From: Eledone cirrhosa
Lineage: Eukaryota
Reading direction: 5' to 3'
DNA: 64,000 bases
Assembly: GCA_964016885.1 (NCBI GenBank)
Contig: OZ024748.1
Coordinates: 59,520,001 to 59,584,000, forward strand
In this document: positions 54,756-64,000 of the stretch, one piece after another
Numbering within the stretch: position 1 is the first letter of the stretch
Layout: the number at the start of each line of letters is the position of its first letter
Position numbers and translations under genes: made by a program
The notes under the pieces: generated by a model
The model's database searches: none
What the model was told of the DNA's origin: nothing
What the model saw: only the letters and a program-made list of their open reading frames with translations

Positions 54756-56119
54756 CACACACACGAATAGACGAAAAGTTAAAGTGGTTGGGAGATAATG
54801 TTAAAAACAGAGAGAGAGATAGACAAAGTGAGACCGAGAGAGACTTTGACAAATAAAGTCCATATAGTTTAAATAACTCCATTGTGTCACCAGAAGTAGA
54901 TGTGGGTTTATTATTAATGGAGTTACCACCACCATCACCATTGGTCTTTTGTCCGTCACTAACAATTCTACCAATCCACCATACAAAACAAAATTATAGA
55001 AAAGCAGCAGGGGGAGGTCACTCTGAAATAAAACTCGGTTGACCTTGTTATCGGGGTCGGAGATTAAGTCAACACAATTTCCCTTATCTTTGCTACAAGA
55101 CGTAAACATTGTTAGTGTAACCTTAATAAATAAGTTGGTGTTAGTATAATATATATTTATAGGAAGATGGGTTATAAAAACGGATCATATATATATATAT
55201 ATAATGGAGGTAATAGTTGTGAAATCCTACAATACTAGACACTGACGTGAACAACCAAGTCTGGTGCTTTGGTAAAATATATATTATACGTTAATATATA
55301 TTACAGTATCAACAGTGAGTATCATAACACTCACTGAATACGAATGGCTGTTATCATTGGTATAAATATTAAACAAACCACTGTCACACGCAAACACACA
55401 TATATATATAACTATATCTATTACTTATAGTATAGAATTGTTTTACAATAATTCGGTCTTTATTTTTAATAGTGACGAGCCTTTTTATTAAATACTAAAG
55501 CTAACACCTCTTTAATTAGAGTTGACTACGATTATATTACTTGAATAAATAAACTACTTTAATTCCCATGACAAAGTTGTCCCAGAAACCATTTAATTCT
55601 GATGAAGAAAGCATTGTTTGTTTACAATTCTCGTTTATCCAAACCGAACACATTATGTAAATATAGCTATAAACAAGGGATATATATATGTATATATATA
55701 TATATATATATATTATACACTAAGAAACGGCTAGGAAGACAAGTAAATAATATATACGGTATATTTTATCACGACTTGGTTGATGTTTGCGGAGGCGGAT
55801 CTACCAAACACGAGCTTGACCTGGGAGCAGGCTCGTGTTGGGTGTACTGGGTGAAGATCTTTCATCGTTCAACCCTTCATAAGATGTAAAAGGAACTAAC
55901 ATTTTATAAAGGAGGCAATATTTCTTTCCGAAAAGTCGTGACTCAACTAACGAAAAATTGAAGCCATTTATTTAAATTTCAATATGAAATATAATGTAAA
56001 CATACACCTGTATATTGATTTTAGGAGCATTGAACAATATTTGAGAATAAATCAACAAAGATTTGGTTTACCTCATCTCCAATTACGGCCATAAGTTTTC
56101 CTTTTGCTGCTGAAGACAT
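50427..56119 (-). CDS. ATP6V1F: V-type proton ATPase subunit F, complete, 5 coding exons, 121 aa
   Basis: Exons 56119-56072, 53478-53397, 52407-52325, 51344-51222, 50456-50427 splice in frame to [121 protein letters not shown]. Confidence 0.97.
51222..51344 (-). CDS. ATP6V1F: ATP6V1F exon 4 ([41 protein letters not shown])
   Basis: tag acceptor, gtaaga donor; [11 protein letters not shown] motif. Confidence 0.96.
52325..52407 (-). CDS. ATP6V1F: ATP6V1F exon 3 ([27 protein letters not shown])
   Basis: tag acceptor, gtaagt donor; DIAIILINQ motif. Confidence 0.96.
53397..53478 (-). CDS. ATP6V1F: ATP6V1F exon 2 ([27 protein letters not shown])
   Basis: cag acceptor, gtaact donor; [12 protein letters not shown] motif. 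Confidence 0.96.
53902..54085 (-). mobile_element. tRNA-derived SINE (family also at about 16255-16447, 23500-23730, 36848-37180, 43245-43340)
   Basis: Reverse complement of the 26208-26397 SINE; B box and (TTA)n tail. Confidence 0.7.
56072..56119 (-). CDS. ATP6V1F: ATP6V1F exon 1 ([16 protein letters not shown])
   Basis: ATG at 56119; gtaaac donor. Confidence 0.94.
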
Positions 56120-56227
56120 TCTGATAAATAAATACTGAGAAACTTTAAAATCCTTAGAGAATCACGAGACGAAAAAATTAAATCTAACTGTGGAGTAAGA
56201 GAGTCAGAGTTATCGTTCTTGACACAA

Positions 56228-56242
56228 CTTCCGTTGACGTCA
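56228..56242. promoter_or_regulatory. Palindromic CRE (TGACGTCA) next to an ETS-like CTTCCG, proximal promoter of ATP6V1F
   Basis: TGACGTCA at 56235-56242, about 115 bp upstream of the ATG; motif match only. Confidence 0.5.
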
Positions 56243-56547
56243 CTGAAGCTGTCTGCATGTTATACAGTATCAGTCTGTGACTGTGTATGTATGTGTGAAG
56301 TCGTTAGCTGAACCACATCCTATATGTGTTTGTATGTATGTGTGTGTAAGTTGGTCGTAAGCTGAACCACATCCTGTATGTGTGTATGCGTGTGTGTGTG
56401 TTCGTAAACTGAAAACTGAACTATATCTTGTATGTGTGTGTGGTCGTAAGCAGATCTAGATCCTGTATGTATGCATGTGTGTGTGTATGCGTGCGTAGTC
56501 ATACGTTGAACTAGATTGTGTATGTATGTGTCCGTGTGTGAGATAGT

Positions 56548-56596
<49 letters not shown>

Positions 56597-56854
56597 TGGC
56601 CGAATGAAGTTTGCTTCGCATCCTTCAGGTCCCGGGTTCGATCCCACAGTATATCATCCTGGTCAAGTGACACTTACTCTAGCCTTAATTAGATCCAAGC
56701 CTTCTGAGTGAGTGAAATATGTAGATAGAAACTATGTGAAAGCCCGTCAGACAAAGTGTTCTTGTAATTCGACTTTTAAAGGGGCAGCTTTGTCCCACAA
56801 AGTACCAGATTTTACCCCTCAAGTGCCACGAATAAAATTGAAAAGAAATAAAAG

Positions 56855-56863
56855 GTCACGTGA
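56855..56863. promoter_or_regulatory. CLEAR/M-box-like element GTCACGTGA upstream of ATP6V1F
   Basis: Exact TCACGTGA palindrome about 740 bp upstream of the ATG; V-ATPase genes are known TFEB/MITF targets. Confidence 0.45.
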
Positions 56864-57090
56864 GAAATATATTTCGATTTTATATCAAACCTTCTGGTGC
56901 TAGGGGTGGGGAAGGCTTTGGGGCTTAAACCCCTCCAATAATGTGGAAACTTGTTGAATGATTTTGCTTTTTACAACTTTTTTTTTCTATCGACTCTATG
57001 TTAGTATGATCATGTTAGTTGATATAGAGAGGGGGATTGGAAGAGAGTACCATGTAGTAGATATAGAGAAGGGGAGAGTTTGGTGTTAAT

Positions 57091-58848
57091 GGATATAAAT
57101 TTCTATTTATTTGCCACCAGGGCATCAAAGAATGGGACAAATACAAGGGTGTGGGGTTACATACATTTAAAAAGACGTGTAAAAAACATATAACAAATTA
57201 AATTTAACAATCGATGTCCTCAATAGGGAGGGGCGTTGACGTGGGTCGCACACACCCCCGAAAAAAATGTGCAACCCTCCTCTTCAGGAGCACAAAGAGC
57301 GGGTGCTCCCTTCCTCTCCTCCTTCTTCTCCTCTCTCACCTACAGGCTGATATAGAGAGAAGGCCCATTCACTCGGGCCATTCTCGCCACTTTCACCCAC
57401 CTTTCATAAAATTTGCTGGGGTAGAGCACCTCTCTCTCCATTCTGATCCTTCTTCTAAAGTGGTACTTGAAAAAAAGGACCAGTTGTTGGCTGGAGAGAA
57501 AGGTGTCTGACCTCAGCCCTTTCAACCTCGTCCACCATACAACCTCTTTCGCCATAGCTATCACACAGAGGAAAACCGCCTCTCCTTCGTTTTTTGAAAG
57601 GGGGAGGCGGTTTGATCGTGACAATGTACTCGGTGGTCAACCAGATTGGTCCCACCCGCGACAGTAGTCGTTCCACATAGCCCCACAGGTCAGCAACGCC
57701 CGGGCAGTGTACGAATGCGTGTGCGACGGTTTCCTCGTCACGCACGCATCTCGGACAGATCTTCTTCGAGGGGTCCCTACCCAGGCGCACGTGTCTGTAG
57801 AGCTTGTCCCGAACGGGTAGAGTTCCTCGGTAGCATTGCCAAGCCAGGGACTTTTGGAAGTTGTCCATCGGTCCCGGGCCAAACGTCCTGCCGAACAGAC
57901 TGGCTAGCTCGTCTTCCTCCATGCCCAGAGCCTCTCCGAGAGCGTTGTCACACATACTGCGACCAACCCTCTATAGAATGTTGAGGTTGCGTCTCCACTG
58001 ATTGCCGGATCCGCTTGCCAGAGTGCCGTGAGCGCCTGGGAACATTCAATGTGCCAGTCGCCCACTTTTCTCGGTCTTTGCTTGACCCAGGATTGCAGCT
58101 CGGTGACCGGTGAGGAATACCTGGAGGTGCCGTAGCCTTAATGCGTGTCTACGCATCGTCAGCCACGGCACCCCCAGCCCTCCGTTCGAAGGGTGTTGAC
58201 AGCAGATGGATCTTCTCACCAAAGGAGTCCGCTTCTTCCAAAGGAATCGGAAGAGCGCGCGCTCCATTTTGGCGAGTGTTTTCTCTGGGCAAGGTACGAC
58301 GGTCAAGCGGTAGTAGATGACGGACGCTATATAAGCGTTCGCCACCTCCGCTCGACCTTTCAGGGATAGTTTGCACTCGGCCCACTTCTGGGCGAGTGCA
58401 AACACCCTGCCCGTTACCTCATCCCAGTTTTTCTCCACCTGGAGGTCCGGTCCGAACCAGACCCCGAGCAGCTTCACCGGTCCCTCCATCCAGCGTCCGA
58501 CGATGCCGTCGGAGGGCATCGGTTTGCCCCTCCACATTCCGAGTTGCAAACCGACGGACTTGTCCCGGTTCAGCTTGGCTCCTGTAAACCTTTCGTATTC
58601 CTCCAGTAAGGTGCCGATCTGCCCGATTTCCGAGGCACACGACACCATTACTGTCACGTCATCGGCGTAGGCCGACACCGCTTTCCGCAATCCCGCTCCC
58701 AAGGGGATGCCTTGCAACAGCTCCAGCTTCCGCAGTAGTGGCTCCAGAGCCAGCACATACAGAAGGGAGGAGAGAGGGCATCCCTGTCGGATAGATCGCG
58801 TGATTTGGAATGGCTCCGAGAGGTAGCCGTTCACCTTGACCCTCGAGC
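57091..58848 (-). mobile_element. 5'-truncated L1/Tx1-clade LINE (RT domain, zf-RVT, 3' UTR), disrupted
   Basis: RQGCPLS...AYADDV...LGVWFG in ORF 58046-58834; CPRC..EETVAHAFVHC in ORF 57455-57955; frame break between them; AATAAA at 57111-57106; GC-rich relative to flanks. Confidence 0.9.
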
Positions 58849-59957
58849 AAGTGTTGCGCCATCTGTAGTTTGCACGTCGATAATGTTCACTAATTCAATT
58901 AAACTAGCTGTTTGCTGTTGGCACCCACTCTCTTTTTTTGCTTTGTTTGCGACAGCTTTATCTCTCAGAACATGGAACACATTTCTTGTCCAACGCTGTT
59001 TATGATATTTGATATCAACAGCGTGGGCATCCTCTTCGGAGATGCAAGATGCCATTCTTGTTTTTAGTTCTGGATTAGGAGAGATTTCCACAGCTTTTTT
59101 TAGAGCTTGGCCCGGATTGGCAGTTCTTACTGCAAACAACTGTTGGTCACCAAACGTTTGACAAAAAAGGCACAAATCATTTTCCAGTGGGTTTGTTGCT
59201 GACCGTGTAAACGGCCCTAAGTTGCGGCAGAGGGTGATGGCTCATTCCTGTCAAAGCTTGAAGGGCGTCCACACTTTCTGCGGATATGTGATCCAGTAGA
59301 CAAAGACCGTTGGTGACGGTCTCTTGCTCGTTGCATTTTTACTTTACTGGTGGCGTTGGAGTAGCACGTGCGATGCCAAAAAGCCTTATTTCTCTGCAAA
59401 GTTTCTGTTGTGCAGTCTTCTAGCCTCTTTTGAATTTTGACAAATTCGCCACCATGCAGTAATGCTCGCTCCTTCACTGCAGCTAACAAACTATGGTATG
59501 AATATAATTTTGGTTGCAACACAAACTGGCCTGCATCTTGTAGGCACAAAATAACCGTTTCCAGTCAATTGTCTCTTGTTGCTGTCTACCAAGTCGTGGT
59601 AACGTTGCTGTGGCCACGTTGTTCATTGGTCTGAAAAATTATAAACACTAATGAAGTAATTACATGGCATTTGATTATTATTATTATTTTTATTTTTATC
59701 ATTATTATTATTGTTATTATGTTAAATTAGCCACTAAAATTAGAAGCCCAGTTGGTTAGAATTTGAGATACTGTTGAAAAAGGTTATTGGTAGTCACCAT
59801 TTTGAAATTCCAAGATGGCCACCACAGACACCTTGAAAAAAATGGCAACATTGGTTTTTGGATTCAGTATGTCCTAAAGTTTTCGAAAATGTATAGTTTT
59901 GCTAATCTCCAAGAAATCTGAACGAAAGTACCAATCGTTACATTATGAACTTGACTA
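58849..59957 (-). mobile_element. DNA transposon 5' end, probably Academ; disrupted transposase N-terminus
   Basis: Minus strand begins TAGTCAAGTTC at 59957; ccattttgaaattccaagatggcc subterminal motif; ORF pieces with C..Q...WHRTCY and CLFCQ...DAHAVDIKYHKQ zinc-finger-like motifs. Family assignment is from memory, not searched. Confidence 0.5.
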
Positions 59958-59959
59958 AT

Positions 59960-60602
59960 AGGTTCTATCCTAGTATATAAGTTGAACCAAATAAATTGAT
60001 TTATGTGTGAGGTAGAGCCCAAGTTCGAATTTGAACGAAATCGGTTGAAAAATGTGGCAGCTAGAGCCGAAAAGGCGGAAGTTTGAGCGAAAAGGTGGTA
60101 TTTTTGAATATTTAAACGGCTGCTACGCCGTTCCTGAAAAAAAAGTAAAAAATGTAAAGCCACTTTAAGACGTGAAATAATCAGATCTAGCGTAGTGCAA
60201 AAGTTGAACATAGTAGGTTGATTAATGTGGGAGCTAGAGCCGAAAAAGTGGAAATTTGAGTCTAAAAGTGGTATTTTTGAATATTTAAGCGGCTGCCACG
60301 CCGTCCCTGAACAACAAGTTCAATGATAAATTCTGTTTGATGTGCAATGATAAATTCTATTTTGCTTTAAAATTTGAACGAAATCGGTGGCAAAATGTGG
60401 GAGCTAGATACCTAAAAAAAGGTGACCCCCCCAATCGATTTTTATATGCAGAATGACTCGGGAATAAAAAAAACGATACGCTGATATATAGAAAACACTA
60501 ATCTATGAGACTGTAAAGTTTCATGAAAATCGGTGGTAAGATGTAGGCCCCTATAGTTAATACACACACACACACACATACTTAATTTTATATATATACA
60601 GA
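59960..60602 (-). mobile_element. Helitron-like non-autonomous element, 5' portion
   Basis: Minus-strand start A|TCTGTATATATATAAAA followed by (TG)n and ccgattttcatgaaacttt, the same architecture as the 35 kb Helitron; internal subrepeats. Confidence 0.5.
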
Positions 60603-60952
60603 TTATGTCAATCTATCTATATATTACTAAAGGTCTAGCCAAAAGGCTGCATAATGGGAAAATATTTTGAAAGAAAGTTGCCCCTGAAATGGGAATACAA
60701 ATGGAATAAAACAAGCTTCACGTAAATCGGACCACAGGTTCCCGAGATATGGGTTTTTCCGGGTTCCTTCATAAATAGAGAGAGAAAAGGATAGAGAGAA
60801 AGAGATAGTGGTTGTGAGAGTATAGATTGAAAGAGAAACATAGAGAGAGAGAGAGAGAGAAAGAGACGGAGAAGGAGAATGGAAGAGAGAGAGAGTGAGA
60901 GAGAGAGAGGGGGGAGAGTGTGAGAGAGAGGGGGAGAGAGAGCTGGTGGCGT

Positions 60953-60983
<31 letters not shown>

Positions 60984-61044
60984 GAGTGTGTGTGTCTATG
61001 ACCAGTGAATATAGATCACAGACATATATATATATATACACACA

Positions 61045-61128
<84 letters not shown>

Positions 61129-61594
61129 CTATTTATATATTTTCCTCCGCTGTGACCCGTCTGTTTCTTTCTTACTGCTTCCTCTTTGTCTGTATCTCTC
61201 ATTTTCTTTTTACCCCCTCTGCCAGTCACTCTCTCAGTTAGCCTCTTCCTCACACTTTCACTCACTCACTCTCTGCTACTCCCTCTCCATCACTTCCTCC
61301 CGTTTGACCTGTGCGAAATCCTTTTCTCGCTCACATTTCAACCAGATTGGATGGTCTTTATCTTTCGTCTACGATTTCACAGAACTTATATTCATTGATT
61401 TCAGGGACTTTACTCCTTCTTCCTCACTTTTCGTTGCATTATCATCTTTGTTTGTTTACTTGTCTCGTTCGTTCCCCTTATTTACGTGTCCCAACGACTT
61501 TCTTTAGCCGTTGCTCGCACCAACCAGAGGTATATGGTCTTTAAAGCGATGAAATACCAATGAAGGCTGGAAGATCACTGATGAAGGACTAATA

Positions 61595-61653
<59 letters not shown>

Positions 61654-62071
61654 ATACACACACACACATTTACATATATACATACACTTACGTACATATA
61701 TGGGCCTTCCAGTTTCACGCACATATTCACACAAATACATGTATCTGGATATACATATAAACACACATATTCGCACACATACATATTCACATACACACAT
61801 TCATATATCTTGACATACGTACACGCACACACACACACACACATACACACACACACACACACACACATGCACAGACAACACACACACACACACACACACA
61901 CATGCACAGACAACACACACACACAGATGAAACTGCATATACACAACCCCGACCTCGATATATAGACATAGCCATAAATACCTCCCCCCTCCTCATGTAT
62001 AATACCCTCTCCTATATATAGACATAGCCATACATACCCCTCTCATATATAACAACCCCTCCAATATATAG

Positions 62072-62355
62072 TCTAAGTCTAAAGTCTGTCTTAAGCCAGA
62101 AAGCTCATTTGGCCGGTGATTATCCCGGTTTCATGGCGTGAAGCGACTGAGAGTACAAGACTACCCCATGGACAGGATGCCAGTCCATCGCAGGGTTAAA
62201 CCTCCAGCAATTACTGGTACTCATTTTCAGCTGAGTATACTGGAGCAACGTGAAATGAAGTGTTTTGCTCAAGAACACAACACACAACACAGGGATTGAA
62301 CCCACGACATTATGAACGTAAGTCCAACACCCTTACCACTTGGCCATTTGCCTCC
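62072..62355 (-). mobile_element. Full-length tRNA-derived SINE (Nin/Deu-like central domain) inserted in a minisatellite
   Basis: GGAGGCAAATGGCCAAGTGG head; GGTTCAATCC B box; ccctgcgatggactggcatcc domain; TSD aatatatag at 62063-62071 and 62356-62364. Confidence 0.78.
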
Positions 62356-63265
62356 AATATATAGACATAGATATATACATGCACCCCACCTCATATATAA
62401 TACCCCTTCCAATATATAGACCTAGATATATACATGCACCCACCTCATATATAACACCCTCTCCAATATATAGACAGATATATATATATGTATACTTGCA
62501 CCCAACCTCATATATAATACCCACTCCAATATATAAACAGATATATATACATGCACCCCACCTCATATATAACAGCCCCTCCAATATATAAACAGATATA
62601 TATACATGCACCCAACCTCATATATAACAACCCCTCCAATATATAGACATAGATATATACAGTTACCCCTCCTCATATATAACAACCCCTCCAATATATA
62701 GACATAGATATATACAGGCACCCCTTCTCATATATAACAACCCCTCCAATATATAGACATAGATATATACAGGCACCCAACCTCATATATAACAACCCCT
62801 CCAATATATAGACATAGATATATACAGGCACCCAACCTCATATATAACAAACCCTCCGATATATAGACATAGATATATACAGGCACCCAACCTCATATAT
62901 AATAGCCCCTCCGATATATAGACATAGATATATACAGGCACCCAACCTCATATATAACAGCCCCTCCGATATATAGACATAGATATATACAGGCACCCAA
63001 CCTCATATATAACAGCCCCTCCGATATATAGACATAGATATATACAGGCACCCAACCTCATATATAACAGCCCCTCCGATATATAGACATAGATATATAC
63101 AGGCACCCAACCTCATATATAACAACCCCTCCAATATATAGACATAGATATATACAGGCACCCAACCTCATATATAACAACCCCTCCAATATATAGACAT
63201 AGATATATACAGGCACCCAACCTCATATATAACAACCCCTCCAATATATAGACATAGATATATAC
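62356..63265. repeat. 55-bp minisatellite, about 16 copies (array starts near 61940)
   Basis: Unit ccaatatatagacatagatatatacaggcacccaacctcatatataacaacccct. Confidence 0.92.
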
Positions 63266-63414
63266 ACAAGCCACTCCTAATATATATATTAATCAATTTA
63301 CAATAATATTAATATATGTAGAATATATAATAATACTTTATACCAACACACACACACACAGACATATATATATATATATATATACATATACGTATATACA
63401 TAAACATATATATA

Positions 63415-63445
<31 letters not shown>

Positions 63446-63462
63446 GTGTGTGTGTGTGTGTG

Positions 63463-63507
<45 letters not shown>

Positions 63508-64000
63508 ATATATATATATAGATATAGATATATACATACATATATATAGATATAGTTTTTTGAATATTAATAATAACATTCGATTCGTTTGCAATTTTGC
63601 AAACAAGCCTTAATTTTATAGCCATCTCAGTAGAATGAACACTTCATTCTTGCTCTTGTGTTGGCATGCGAACAGAACTGCAGACACTAATGTTTCTGGG
63701 TATCACCCTTCATCAGTACAGCTAACTGTTCACCTGCCAAGTGATAAATGGCCGGTTTTGCCAAATTCAAATAAAAAATTATTAATATTCGAAAAACTCA
63801 GATTACAAACTCAGACACACACATATTCTTTCTATACATAAAAGAGTGCTACACAGGCACTGACTACGTAACTCCATCAATTTGTGTATTGTACACAAAG
63901 CTGCGTTTCAACCAAGTCGAACATTTTATTTTTTGTTTGTTTTTAAAACAAGCATAGAGAATCCAACACTCTTTCTATATGATTAACGATTGCCCCCAGG

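Noticed and set aside
55553-55572. ZNF143/Staf-like site ACTAC..TTCCCA upstream of the structured island
   Set aside because: Spacing differs from the consensus; too weak to call
61578-61591. CTGATGAAGGACTA hammerhead start
   Set aside because: Interrupted by a TA microsatellite before stem II closes; no GAAA or cleavage site, so not a complete motif

Overview
AT-rich animal genomic DNA dense in microsatellites and transposons; the repeat landscape suggests an octopod cephalopod (inference). Two spliced host genes can be reconstructed by eye. The first is the 3' part of a leishmanolysin-like peptidase (LMLN/invadolysin, peptidase M8): 12 exons, about 477 codons, + strand, 475-26947. The second is a complete 5-exon, 121-aa V-ATPase subunit F gene (ATP6V1F), - strand, 56119-50427. 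The rest is tRNA-derived SINEs, piggyBac/hAT/mariner-type MITEs, non-autonomous Helitrons, RTE and L1/Tx1 LINE fragments, a probable Academ end and several minisatellites. Almost all long ORFs in the supplied track are repeat artefacts. The most striking unannotated signal is a set of type I hammerhead ribozyme motifs: at least six canonical copies in three families, two of them showing compensatory changes between copies, plus a family with a non-canonical core. Most sit in foldback inverted repeats typical of Penelope-like retroelement ends, and one lies sense within an LMLN intron. Also notable: a duplicated LMLN splice acceptor that would give a premature stop, a candidate structured RNA in ATP6V1F intron 1, and a CLEAR/CRE promoter signature.
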